Notes under the pieces: model-generated | What the model saw: only the letters and a program-made list of their open reading frames with translations | Told to the model about the DNA's origin: nothing | Database searches by the model: none | NCBI GenBank assembly: GCA_965205015.1 | Contig: OZ242029.1 | Span: forward strand, 2,816,001-2,880,000 | Reading direction: 5' to 3' | Source of the DNA: Candidatus Poribacteria bacterium | GTDB lineage: Bacteria; Poribacteria; WGA-4E; WGA-3G | Length of the DNA stretch: 64,000 bases | Shown: positions 38,529-48,631 of the stretch, piece by piece | How positions within the stretch are numbered: position 1 is the stretch's first letter | How the letters are laid out: each line of letters starts with the position of its first letter | Program-made: the position numbers and the translations under genes

Positions 38529-41411
38529 TCACTTTGCCGTCATCCAATTATCTCCGATGCCTGCCTCTGTTCGAAGCGGTACTCGAAGCGACATTGCGTT
38601 CTCCATCTCTTCACACACAATGGCGGCATGCTCCTCAGCGAGTGTCTCCGGCGTTTCGAGAACTAATTCGTCATGAATCTGTAGCAGCATTTTCAACGGA
38701 AGTTTGTCCTGATCAATACGACGCTGCACTTGCACCATTGCTGCTTTCATTAAGTCTGCAGCAGAACCCTGCACCACGGTATTGATTGCCAGCCGCTCTC
38801 CAAGGCTTCGCCGACTACGGTGGGTAGCATAGATTTCAGGAATGGCGCGTCGCCTGCCCGTGAGCGTGCTAACATATCCGTGATCCGATGCCTGCTGGAC
38901 ACACTGCTGTAGAAAACGATCTATCCCCGGAAAACGCGTTTTGTAATCATCAATAAGGGCAGCCGCCTCTTTCACACGCATCCCCTTAATCCGACGCGAG
39001 AGTCCTGTTGGCGAAACCCCGTAAATGATACCAAAATTGATGGTCTTCGCCTTATCACGAAGTTCACGCGTAACCGAGGCAGACGGCACCTCAAATACCT
39101 GCGAAGCAACTGCTGTGTGGATGTCTAAATCTTGGGTAAAGGTCTCGATTAAACTTTTATCTTTGCTAAAGTGTGCAAGGATGCGAAGTTCAATCTGTGA
39201 ATAATCCGCACAGATTAACTTATTTCCTTCTGGCGCCCGAAAGGCGCGCCGTAACTGTCTGCCAATCTCGGTTCGGACAGGAATGTTCTGTAGATTCGGG
39301 TGATCGGACTTCAAACGTCCTGTGGCTGTCGTTAACTGATAGAGATGTGTGTGGATACGCTGTGTTTTTGGGTCAACAGCGTTCTGGAGTTGCGCGAGGT
39401 ACGTACTCTGTAATTTACGGAATTGGCGGTACTCAATTATTAAACGTGGCACGCTCGTCTTCGGATTGTTGATATCCTCTCTCAGAGAGAGTGCCTCTAA
39501 AACAGTCACATCGGTGGAAACTTTGCCACCGCGTGTCCGTTTCACAGGTTTGAAACCGAGTTCATCGAACAGCACGTGGGCGAGTTGTCTCGGTGAATCA
39601 ATATTACACGGATGTCCGACGATTTCGTGAATCTCCTTTTGCCGAGCATCAACGAGTTCGCTAATCACAACGCTTTGGCGTTTGAGTTCTTCCTTATCGC
39701 AAACGATGCCGTTATACTCCATTTCAGCGAGCACAGGGGCGAGCGGTGACTCTATATCGCGCGCTAACGCTGTGATTCCTATCTCATCAAGTTTTGGCGT
39801 AAGGAAATGATAGAGTCGGAGGGTAATGTCAGCATCCTCTGCGGCGTAAATTGTGGCTTGTTCCAATGGCACTTCATCGATTGTTTTCTGTTGACCTGTC
39901 TCTGCGTCAAACAGTTCACCTAAGTCCGTCGTTTCGCCAGCAGGTGTTGCATCGCCTGAATCCGTCGTTAGTTCCTGAAAAGAGATCATCTTGTGCTCTA
40001 AGTGGAGCAACGCCAGTGTATCAAGGTTGTGGGAGGGGGTCTGTGCATCAACTAATTGACTCGCGAGCAGTGTATCGAAAACTGCCCCTTGGAGTTTAAC
40101 ACCGTTCCTGATAAGAACGCTGGCATCAAACTTCAGATTGTGCCCACATTTCGGTAGCGCGGGATTCTCCAAAATCGGCTTAAGTGCCGAAAGCACGGTG
40201 TCTTTATCCAAATGATCTTCAGGGTGTGGTGAACGAATGGGGACGTAAACGCCTTGCTTGGGTTTCCATGAGAAACTTAACCCACACAGCGTTGCATCAC
40301 GTTCCAAGCCATCCGTTTCGGTGTCAAAACTAATAATCTCTTGGGTTTCCGATAGCGTATCAACGAGATCTTGCAATTGGTCAGGTGTAATAATCGTCGA
40401 ATAGTCTCCTGTTTCAGCGGTGTCGTAGTCGCCTTTTTCCAAAATGGCATCTGTTTTCTGCGCTAACGCCGCAACCCGTTCCTTGCGCGTTGTTGGTGTA
40501 GGCGTAACAGCGGACGTAGCATCACCCCCTGCGAGTTCCGTCACAACTTGCTCGTAGCGTTTGAGTTCTAATTCTTGAAAGAGTGGGAGGATCTTCTGGA
40601 GGTTAAGCGGTTTGACGCGTGCTTGCTCTATGGAGAAGTCCAAAGTAGCATCTCGCTTCAAGGTTACGAGCCGCCTTGAAAGATCGAGTTGTGAACGTGC
40701 CTTCTCCAAATTTTCGCGACGTTTCCCTTTAATCTCATCAATGTTCTCAAAAATACCTTCAATGGAACCGTACTGCTGAATCAAGTGCGCTGCGGTTTTC
40801 AAGCCGATTTTCTTAACGCCTGGGACGTTATCTGAAGTATCTCCCATGAGGGCAAGCGCATCAACAACCTGGGACGGTTTTATGCCTTTCGTTTCCCACA
40901 GTGTCTGCTCGTCAATAATCTTATCGTTATGGAGGTCAAGCATTGTAACCCGATCACCGAGCAACTGTTCAAGGTCTTTGTCTTTGGAAATAATAGTGAC
41001 ATCGACATCACGTGCTTCTGGATCGTCAAGAATTGTCTGTGTGACAGAGGCGATGATGTCGTCTGCTTCCAATTCGGGTTTACCAAGCGTCAAGATACCA
41101 AACGCCTCAAGCAATTGGAGGATGCGGTGAATCTGAGTCACCAGATCATCAGGTGCCGGAGAACGATTCGCCTTGTATTGCGAATAAAGTTCATTGCGAA
41201 ACGTGTCCCCCGGTGTATCAATCGCAGCGACGATATATTTTGCCTGAAGTTGCGTCAATATCCGAATAAGTGTGCCAGCGACCCCGAATACAGCATGGGT
41301 TGCCTCGCCGGTGATGCTGCTCGTTAATCCGCTACGAATCGCATAATAAGCCCGAAATATTTCGGCGTGCGTGTCAATAATATAGACGGTATCTTTTTGC
41401 TCGTTTTGCAT
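38529..41411 (-). CDS. polA: DNA polymerase I
   Basis: 5'-3' exonuclease (EADD, GDTSDNVPGV), 3'-5' exonuclease (FDTET), ADYSQIELR, KTINFGIIYG and QIHDEL. Confidence 0.97.
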   Translation of the reverse strand: MQNEQKDTVYIIDTHAEIFRAYYAIRSGLTSSITGEATHAVFGVAGTLIRILTQLQAKYIVAAIDTPGDTFRNELYSQYKANRSPAPDDLVTQIHRILQLLEAFGILTLGKPELEADDIIASVTQTILDDPEARDVDVTIISKDKDLEQLLGDRVTMLDLHNDKIIDEQTLWETKGIKPSQVVDALALMGDTSDNVPGVKKIGLKTAAHLIQQYGSIEGIFENIDEIKGKRRENLEKARSQLDLSRRLVTLKRDATLDFSIEQARVKPLNLQKILPLFQELELKRYEQVVTELAGGDATSAVTPTPTTRKERVAALAQKTDAILEKGDYDTAETGDYSTIITPDQLQDLVDTLSETQEIISFDTETDGLERDATLCGLSFSWKPKQGVYVPIRSPHPEDHLDKDTVLSALKPILENPALPKCGHNLKFDASVLIRNGVKLQGAVFDTLLASQLVDAQTPSHNLDTLALLHLEHKMISFQELTTDSGDATPAGETTDLGELFDAETGQQKTIDEVPLEQATIYAAEDADITLRLYHFLTPKLDEIGITALARDIESPLAPVLAEMEYNGIVCDKEELKRQSVVISELVDARQKEIHEIVGHPCNIDSPRQLAHVLFDELGFKPVKRTRGGKVSTDVTVLEALSLREDINNPKTSVPRLIIEYRQFRKLQSTYLAQLQNAVDPKTQRIHTHLYQLTTATGRLKSDHPNLQNIPVRTEIGRQLRRAFRAPEGNKLICADYSQIELRILAHFSKDKSLIETFTQDLDIHTAVASQVFEVPSASVTRELRDKAKTINFGIIYGVSPTGLSRRIKGMRVKEAAALIDDYKTRFPGIDRFLQQCVQQASDHGYVSTLTGRRRAIPEIYATHRSRRSLGERLAINTVVQGSAADLMKAAMVQVQRRIDQDKLPLKMLLQIHDELVLETPETLAEEHAAIVCEEMENAMSLRVPLRTEAGIGDNWMTAK

Positions 41412-41429
41412 TGTTCTTGTGCCTGCCTC

Positions 41430-42500
41430 CTAATGGGGGAAATGCCATTGACGCAAGGAGTCTGATGCTGACAAACCCGCTTCTTGCCCGAGCGCGAACG
41501 CCGTTGCGATCAGGTTTCGCTCGCCGGATATGATGTCACCGGCGGCAAAGAGTCCGGGAATCGGTGCTCCACTGCTGTCCAACATTTGCATATCCTCGTT
41601 TGCGATAATCAACCCTTCCTCATCCTTTTGATAATCCCACCCCTCAAGAAACTTCGTATTCGGGATGAGTCCTTCATCGACGAGGAAACCGTGGAAAAAC
41701 AATTCGCTCCCATCAACCATCTCAAATCCTAAGAGATCCGTTTTTTCGCCAATATGCCGTTTAATCTTTGTCTCAATGATATTAATTTTACGGGCTTTTA
41801 CCTGCTCCAACACAGGCGGCGACATACCGTGAGGTCTGCCGTTTGTCAGAATTGTAATTTTATCCGTAAAATCTTGTGCCCCAATCGCTGCTTCATAGAT
41901 ATAGTCTCCAACCCCGAGGAGTGCAAGATGCTCATTAACATGGAGATGCCCATCGCAACGAATGCAGACGTGCCACCCTTTTCGATTGCCTGCATAGCGG
42001 AATACCGTAGCATACTGCTTATATAAACGCTCAGCATCGGGATCAAATTCAATATCGGGCCACTTATCATCAAACCCAGCGGCAACGACGACGGTGCGGG
42101 ATTTAAAAGATGCCATCTCCGGCAGTGCATTTTTTTTCAGCGTTTTTGTAGATGCTTCGAGTTCAAATAGGCCGTCATTCCGTGTGAGTTTCGCAACCAT
42201 GCCGTCGCGAATGTCAATGCCTGTCTTGCGTTTCTCCGAACCCAGCATAAAATCAACGACGGGTCGGCTCTCCATCCATTTCATGAGTTCTTTTGCAAAA
42301 TTGGGTCCGATGATACCCGGAAAGACCGGTGCGTCTTCAATTTCTACCGACTTTGACCAGTAAGCGCGACCCCGACTAAAACTCACCTTTCCTGAGTGTA
42401 ACACCAAAACGTGTCGCATTTGATGGCTCGCTGAAACCGCTGCTTGTGCGCCAGCAGGTCCCGCGCCAATCACTGCAACATCGTAAATCGTTTCTTGCAT
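41430..42500 (-). CDS. FAD-dependent thioredoxin-reductase-like oxidoreductase
   Basis: VIGAGPAG, CIRCDG redox motif and GLFAAGD. Confidence 0.8.
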   Translation of the reverse strand: MQETIYDVAVIGAGPAGAQAAVSASHQMRHVLVLHSGKVSFSRGRAYWSKSVEIEDAPVFPGIIGPNFAKELMKWMESRPVVDFMLGSEKRKTGIDIRDGMVAKLTRNDGLFELEASTKTLKKNALPEMASFKSRTVVVAAGFDDKWPDIEFDPDAERLYKQYATVFRYAGNRKGWHVCIRCDGHLHVNEHLALLGVGDYIYEAAIGAQDFTDKITILTNGRPHGMSPPVLEQVKARKINIIETKIKRHIGEKTDLLGFEMVDGSELFFHGFLVDEGLIPNTKFLEGWDYQKDEEGLIIANEDMQMLDSSGAPIPGLFAAGDIISGERNLIATAFALGQEAGLSASDSLRQWHFPH

Positions 42501-42518
42501 GGTTTTTCTCCTCATTTC

Positions 42519-43964
42519 TCAAAAGCCGTATTTTTTCCACTTTTCATCGACCAGTGCAATTACCTCGTCAGACATTTGGATCTCCTGGGGCCACTCGCGT
42601 TCGTATCCTTCCTCCGCCCATTTCGTTGTTGCATCGATGCCCATCTTCGAGCCTGCGCCCATAAGCGGTGCTGCATGGTCCAGCACATCAACAGGTCCTT
42701 CTACAATTGTCACATCCCTTTTCGGATCGACATTGCTGCCGACGTAGAAAAGCACCTCTTCGAGATTCTGGACGTTAACCTCTTTATCCACAACGATGAT
42801 AATCTTGCTGAACATCAACTGTCCGAGTCCCCACAGGCTGTGCATGATCTTCTTTGCATGATATGGGTAGCGTTTGTCGATAGAGATCAGCGCAAAATTG
42901 TGAAATACACCGAACAAGGGTAGATTCATATCGACGAGTTCTGGCAACTGCGTTTTAATCAACGGCATGAAGATTCGCTCAGTCGCTTTGCCCATGTAGC
43001 AATCCTCCATCGGCGGTTTACCGACGATGATCGTCTGATAGATCGGATTTTTCCGATGCGTAATCGCCGTGATATGAAGGAGCGGATATTCATCTGCCAA
43101 GGAATAAAACCCGGTATGGTCGCCGAAGGGTCCCTCTATACAGGTTTCATTCGGCTCGATGTACCCTTCAATCACGATGTCCGCGTCCGCAGGCACGAGC
43201 ATGTCAATCGTTTTGGCGGGCACCATCTCCACATTCGATTTTCGAAGAAACCCAGCGAAGAGAAGTTCATCAATCCCAGACGGAAGGGGGGCTGTGCCGA
43301 TATAAGACATCACGGGATCTCCGCCGAGTGCAATTGCGACGGGCATCTGTTGTGCCGCTTGTTGATATTCACGATGATGGCCAGCACCATCGTGATGAAT
43401 TTGCCAGTGCATCGCTAAGGCGTACGGCGTTATTTTTTGTAAACGGTATGTCCCAACGTTACGTTGCCCCGTTTTAAGGCTATGCGTGAAAACCTGCGGC
43501 AAGGTGATGTATTTATCGGCATCAAGGGGCCAGCATTTAATGAGGGGCAGGACATCTAAGGAGGCGTCCTCACCCGTAAGGACGACCTCTTGACATGCCC
43601 CTTTTTTCACCGTTTTAGGGGGAAAGTTCGTCAATTGCGACAGCAGTCGAAGAATTTTCATCTTATCAAGGAGGGAATCCGGGGGTCCTAATTTAATCAT
43701 ACTCTCAATTTCCGACGCGATTTCCCCAAGATCGTCAACGCCCAGTGCCATTGCCATCCGTTGATAAGACCCATAGGTATTGATGAGCAGCGGCATCTGA
43801 CTCCCTTCAACTTTTTCAAAGAGAAGCGCAGGACCGCCTGATTTACTCACCCTGTCGGTGATTTCAGCGATTTCCAGCTCCGGTGATACAGTTGTTTTGA
43901 TTCGTTTGAGTTCACCTGCTCGATCCAAGGCTTTCACAAACGCTGTGAGACTGTTGTATGCCAT
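42519..43964 (-). CDS. ubiD: UbiD-family prFMN decarboxylase (menaquinone biosynthesis, MqnL-type)
   Basis: RNVGTYRLQ, EGPFGDHTGFY and KMGIDAT. Lies near mqnA and mqnE. Confidence 0.88.
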   Translation of the reverse strand: MAYNSLTAFVKALDRAGELKRIKTTVSPELEIAEITDRVSKSGGPALLFEKVEGSQMPLLINTYGSYQRMAMALGVDDLGEIASEIESMIKLGPPDSLLDKMKILRLLSQLTNFPPKTVKKGACQEVVLTGEDASLDVLPLIKCWPLDADKYITLPQVFTHSLKTGQRNVGTYRLQKITPYALAMHWQIHHDGAGHHREYQQAAQQMPVAIALGGDPVMSYIGTAPLPSGIDELLFAGFLRKSNVEMVPAKTIDMLVPADADIVIEGYIEPNETCIEGPFGDHTGFYSLADEYPLLHITAITHRKNPIYQTIIVGKPPMEDCYMGKATERIFMPLIKTQLPELVDMNLPLFGVFHNFALISIDKRYPYHAKKIMHSLWGLGQLMFSKIIIVVDKEVNVQNLEEVLFYVGSNVDPKRDVTIVEGPVDVLDHAAPLMGAGSKMGIDATTKWAEEGYEREWPQEIQMSDEVIALVDEKWKKYGF

Positions 43965-44117
43965 TTTTTTAATTATTCAATCTGAGTACCGTTCCACTTT
44001 GTTTCACGGTGGTTTCTGGTTAAATCAGGTCCGCATTGGGGCAGCCGACGTTTTCATTGCAAGAAAATGTATTGATTTGGAACAAAGACACACGTCGGTT
44101 AGCATGTTTATTTCCCG

Positions 44118-45656
44118 CTACCGCCTCTCCAAAATCTGCTTTAACCCTTGTTGATAGTTCCTATTTTCCGGTTCAAGTTCCAACGCCTTTCGGATCGTTG
44201 TCTCTGCCTGTAGAGAATCACCGCGCCGGAAATCAATGAGTGCGAGCGTGTTGTAATAACTTGCGACGTTTGGATCTAAGCGAACGGCTTCTTGAGCATG
44301 ATGCCGAGCGGTTTCTAAATCCGCTTTCGCTTGACGTGCGTAACATATACCCAAGTTATGGTGTATCTCGGCATTGTCAGGGACTAACGCCGCGCTCGCC
44401 TTATATGCCGCCACTGCCTCTGCATAACGCTGCTGCTTCAGCAGAATCATGCCAATCTTTAGGTGTGCCTCTAAAAGTTGGGGTTCCAACGCGGCGGCGC
44501 GCTGATAATGTTTCAGTGCAGATTCGGTTTCATTTTCGCTGAGATACGCCAAACCGAGTCCCGCATAAGCTTTGGCAAAATTCGGTTGGAGTTCCAACGC
44601 GTTCTGCTGTGCAGTAACGGCTTCCGAGTGTTTTCCAAGCATCGTATAAGCGATACCCAAACCGTTATAAGCAGGCACAAGTTCAGGGTCCATGCCGAGT
44701 GCTTTTTGGTATTCGCGTATCGCTTTCTCGTAAAACCCGTTTTTGAGATAGAGCCTCGCGATGTTGGTGAGAATCTGGGCACGTTCAGCTATATCTTGCG
44801 TCCGCTGCAACGCGCCTCGCAGTTGGTGCAGAGGTGTCAGTGCCGCTTTACGTGCCTCAAACAGTGTCATCTGCTCACGCGCTGCTGATGTATCCCCGGC
44901 GCGGAGATATGCTTGTGCGAGATTGTAGAGGACCTCAACTAACGTCTCATCGTACCTGTATGCGGTCCGATAAGATGCAATCGCATCAGCCCACCGCTTT
45001 TCTTGGGCATAAAGCAGCCCTAACTGGTAGTGTGCCGCTGCGAATTCCGGTGCGATGGCGATTGCGCGCTGTTGATGCCGCATCGCTGTGGAACGTTCGC
45101 CACGTTTGCTATAGACATTCCCGAGTTGATGATGAATCATCTTATCGTTCGGATCCAGAGCAACTGCTACTTTGTAAGCCTCGAGTGCTTCAGCGTAACG
45201 GTGCATGTTCGCGTAAGCACTCGCCAAGGCTGCGTGAGTATATGCCCAATCGGGGACGACTGCAATCGCGCGCTGATATACCGCAACGGCATCCTCAAAT
45301 TTCTCGAGTCCGGTATATGCCAACCCCAAACCGTAGTAGGCAGTGGAAATATCTGAATTGTGCTTAGGGCTCTCGTTTTCTGGGACTGCCTTCGCTTCCA
45401 TTGCGGCAATTATTCGATGATACTCGTCAACTGCTTCCGTGTAAGCCTCAATTTGGAGGTACGCTTTTGCGAGCTGCAGCCGAGTCTCAACCCGTGTGCC
45501 ATCAACCGCCAGTTCTGCTTTGTAAGCACGAATCCGCGCTGTGATGTCCGCAGCGTCTGTTTCTTGACAGAATGCGACTGGGATCTGCCAGAGAGTCAGG
45601 TGGTACCCGACGAGTGCCCCTAACACGACTGTGTAATAGGAAAGTTTCCGGACCAC
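44118..45656 (-). CDS. TPR-repeat protein (exported)
   Basis: Multiple TPR units (AYYGLG..Y..A..A). Confidence 0.9.
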   Translation of the reverse strand: MVRKLSYYTVVLGALVGYHLTLWQIPVAFCQETDAADITARIRAYKAELAVDGTRVETRLQLAKAYLQIEAYTEAVDEYHRIIAAMEAKAVPENESPKHNSDISTAYYGLGLAYTGLEKFEDAVAVYQRAIAVVPDWAYTHAALASAYANMHRYAEALEAYKVAVALDPNDKMIHHQLGNVYSKRGERSTAMRHQQRAIAIAPEFAAAHYQLGLLYAQEKRWADAIASYRTAYRYDETLVEVLYNLAQAYLRAGDTSAAREQMTLFEARKAALTPLHQLRGALQRTQDIAERAQILTNIARLYLKNGFYEKAIREYQKALGMDPELVPAYNGLGIAYTMLGKHSEAVTAQQNALELQPNFAKAYAGLGLAYLSENETESALKHYQRAAALEPQLLEAHLKIGMILLKQQRYAEAVAAYKASAALVPDNAEIHHNLGICYARQAKADLETARHHAQEAVRLDPNVASYYNTLALIDFRRGDSLQAETTIRKALELEPENRNYQQGLKQILERR

Positions 45657-45690
45657 TTGCTACCGCTCCAGTGGTGAAATGGAACACCAC

Positions 45691-46353
45691 CTAAAAACGT
45701 TGTTTGAGTCGTCCCCACGTAGTAGCCAATTTATCCAGGGGTTCCACCGGTGTAAGACCAGCGATAGCATCCCCCGAGACTTGGACATCATCAAAACTCG
45801 CGGCTGTTTCCCATGCCCACACCCCAGCTTGCCCAGCGGGGTATCCAGCCCCGGTTTCATCCTTAAGTTCTCCCTGCTCTTCACCGTTAATCCAGAGTTT
45901 CATTGAATTGCCTTCCACGACGACCCGCATGTCAAACCATTCGCCGTTCGCGATGGTGACGTTGGATCCGGGAAGTTCACCGATCTTGTCGCGTGCATCC
46001 CATGCGCCTGTCTTATGTCGCCAAAGTTCTGTTTTGTTATTCGGGACGTTGAGATAGTAGACATAGTATTCCATCTCACTTTGGGCGCGATAAACAACAC
46101 CCGCCCAGTTGCCTTCATCAAGTCGAACTTTCGCCTCAACAGTGTAATCTTCCCATGCAGCATCACCGACGAGGGAGTGCTCGGCTCTACCGCCCTTAGC
46201 GAGTTTATATATGCCGTCCTCAACACTCCAAGAGCCGTTGGCAGGTTTCCAATCGGCTGCGTCTGATTCAAAGGACCAAGTCTGTTCACCCGCAAAAGCG
46301 AAGGAGGCTGTGAGTAAACAGCAACTGACAACAATTAAAAAAAGAGACTTCAT
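45691..46353 (-). CDS. DUF1080-like secreted protein with TTW tail
   Basis: WEDYTVEAKV, FDDV, tail PVEPLDKLATTWGRLK. Confidence 0.75.
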   Translation of the reverse strand: MKSLFLIVVSCCLLTASFAFAGEQTWSFESDAADWKPANGSWSVEDGIYKLAKGGRAEHSLVGDAAWEDYTVEAKVRLDEGNWAGVVYRAQSEMEYYVYYLNVPNNKTELWRHKTGAWDARDKIGELPGSNVTIANGEWFDMRVVVEGNSMKLWINGEEQGELKDETGAGYPAGQAGVWAWETAASFDDVQVSGDAIAGLTPVEPLDKLATTWGRLKQRF

Positions 46354-46371
46354 AAAATCACTCCTATTATA

Positions 46372-46501
46372 GTAATGCGTGGGCAGGTACAAGACCTGCC
46401 CCTACAGTCGTTTTTTGGGATAGGATTACCGATTAATTCGGTAATGCGTGGGCAGGCACAAGACCTGCCCCTACAGTCGTTTTTTGGGATAGGATTACCG
46501 A
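46372..46501. repeat. Two ~61-bp direct repeats (period 69), each with a GGGCAGG..CCTGCCCCTAC REP hairpin
   Basis: gtaatgcgtgggcagg(t/c)acaagacctgcccctacagtcgttttttgggataggattaccga x2. Confidence 0.9.
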
Positions 46502-46586
46502 AATATTTTCTTAAACTTCATGAAACCCCGCCAGCGAGAATGGACGATTCTGCCCCTAAAACTTCTGAGGTCAAATCACCCAAAAA

Positions 46587-47270
46587 TTAGTAGACCCGTT
46601 TGAGACGTCCCCATGTCGTTGCGAGTTTATGATTCGCATCAACGGCAAGGGTATCTATGACATTATCACCGGTAATCATGACATCGTCAAAACTCGCGGC
46701 TGTTTCCCAGCCCCAAACACCGATCTTGCCGGTTTTGTAGGTGTCGTCTTTCTGTTCACTCTGAAGTTCACCGTTGATATGCAGTTGGAAGATACCGCCT
46801 TCAGCGATGACTTTAACGTCATACCACTCTTCGTTCTCTATCTTCACTTTTTTAGTGGCGGGAATATTACTGGTAATCGCGACACGCGAATCCCACGCCC
46901 CCTTGTTATGCCTCCAAAGCTCAGACTTGTTATTTGGAACGTTCAGGTAATAGACGTAATACTCATGCTCACTTTGGGCTCGAAAGATTAAACCTGCCCA
47001 ATTATGCTCATCCATTCGGATTTTTGCTTCGACGGTGTAGTCGTCCCAATCCTCTTCACCGACAAGGGAATGTTCAGCTCTACCGCCTCTCTCGAGTTGG
47101 TAGATACCGCCCTTGATTTCCCAATTGCCGTTCGCGACTTTCCAATCCTTATGCTTTTCCTCAAAGTCCCACAATTGGGTACCTGCGAATGTTGGTAACG
47201 AAAACGCGACCCCCAAAAGTATAATAAGACTCAAGGTAACGAACTTTGAGAATCCAATAGCCGTTCTCAT
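46587..47270 (-). CDS. DUF1080-like secreted protein with TTW tail (paralog of 45691-46353)
   Basis: Tail AVDANHKLATTWGRLK. Confidence 0.75.
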   Translation of the reverse strand: MRTAIGFSKFVTLSLIILLGVAFSLPTFAGTQLWDFEEKHKDWKVANGNWEIKGGIYQLERGGRAEHSLVGEEDWDDYTVEAKIRMDEHNWAGLIFRAQSEHEYYVYYLNVPNNKSELWRHNKGAWDSRVAITSNIPATKKVKIENEEWYDVKVIAEGGIFQLHINGELQSEQKDDTYKTGKIGVWGWETAASFDDVMITGDNVIDTLAVDANHKLATTWGRLKRVY

Positions 47271-47424
47271 GCCTTCTTCTCCTATTTTTCGTGAATACAA
47301 TTTAGAACTTGTCACCACATTTCTGCCGTTGTAGTGTCGCCAGAGATCCCACAAGTAGAATAACGTTAAAAATCGAAAAAGTCAACATTAACTTCAAAAA
47401 TGTTCAAGGTTCTTTCGTTCTTCT

Positions 47425-47481
47425 GTAGGCGGAAACTCCGATTTCCGACTTTTCGTTGTAGGAGGGACCTCTCAGTCGCGA
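47425..47481. repeat. GTAG-type REP-like elements (similar ones at ~6329, 7849, 61063, 61206)
   Basis: GTAGG followed by short imperfect palindromes, e.g. gtaggcggaaactccgatttccg and gtaggagggaactccgattcccg. Confidence 0.6.
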
Positions 47482-47651
47482 TTTATCACACAGAACCGAC
47501 AGAAATCCGAAAACTGAATAACCCTGTAAGAATGTTAGGGGCAGTCAGTTTTAAAACTTGCATCTAACCCTGTTATCGTGTATCCTAAAAGTATTCAGAT
47601 ACGCTTAGACGCTATCCATTATGAAATCACAGAATTAGAAAGGAAAACATT

Positions 47652-48629
47652 TTGCGTGTAAGGATTTTAATCACACTTTTAATCGCCTGTTTTGCTGTGA
47701 TAGAGGCAGCTCCCGCGGCACTGAAAGTCGGTCTCATCTATGATGTCACCGGGCGCGGCGATCTCTCATTCTGCGATGCCGCCTACGCAGGCGCGAAAAA
47801 AGCAGAAGACGAATGGGGCTTCAAACTCACAGAGGTCACGCCGAGTCTCAGCACAGATAACGAATTGACGCTCCGCAGGCTGGCGAAACTGAAATATGAT
47901 CTTATCATCGGGGTCGGTTTCCTTTTTCAAGAACCGATGAACCGGGTCGCAAGCGATTTCCCGGATGTCAAGTTTGCGCTTATTGACGCAATCATAGAAC
48001 AACCGAACGTCGCGTCGCTGACCTATCGAGCCCACGAAGGGACGTTCCTCGCGGGTGTCATCTCAGCGTTGAAAACAGAGACAAAGCGGATAGGTTTCAT
48101 CGGAGGGATGAAGGTGCCGCTGGTTGAGGCTTTTGAAATCGGTTATCGCGCCGGTATTAAGGCAACAAACCCCGATCTTGAACTGGTGGCGGATTACGTG
48201 GGTGTTACGCCGCAAGCCTTCAACGATCCAGCGAAAGCCAAAGAACTCGCCCTCTCGCAATATAACCGCGGGATAGATATTATCCTTGCCGCTGCCGGTG
48301 CGAGCGGCTTGGGTGTTCTTGAGGCGGCGAAGGCGACAGAAAAATCAATCATCTGGGTGGATTCCAACGGTAACAATCTCGCTCCCGGTTTAGTGCTTAC
48401 GAGTGTCATCAAGGGCGTGGAAATATCGGTTTATGAGACGATAAAGAGCGTCCAAGAAGGGAATTTTTCTGGGGGTCTGAAAGATTATGGGCTTAAAGAG
48501 GGAGGCGTTGAGTACATCGTTGATGATGTCAATCGCGACCTTCTCTCGGACGAGATTCTGGAACAGGTCGAGGCATTTAAAGCAAAAATTATCGCGGGCG
48601 ATATCGTCGTTCCGTACGAACGGCAGTAG
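47652..48629 (+). CDS. BMP-family ABC transporter substrate-binding protein (nucleoside-type)
   Basis: GRGDLSF, LIIGVGF, FNDPAKAKE and AAGASGLG. Confidence 0.9.
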   Translation: MRVRILITLLIACFAVIEAAPAALKVGLIYDVTGRGDLSFCDAAYAGAKKAEDEWGFKLTEVTPSLSTDNELTLRRLAKLKYDLIIGVGFLFQEPMNRVASDFPDVKFALIDAIIEQPNVASLTYRAHEGTFLAGVISALKTETKRIGFIGGMKVPLVEAFEIGYRAGIKATNPDLELVADYVGVTPQAFNDPAKAKELALSQYNRGIDIILAAAGASGLGVLEAAKATEKSIIWVDSNGNNLAPGLVLTSVIKGVEISVYETIKSVQEGNFSGGLKDYGLKEGGVEYIVDDVNRDLLSDEILEQVEAFKAKIIAGDIVVPYERQ

Positions 48630-48631
48630 AG

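Noticed and set aside
46372-46501. Possible CRISPR array
   Set aside because: Only two ~61-bp units with an 8-bp gap, a REP-like hairpin, no unique spacers and no cas genes.
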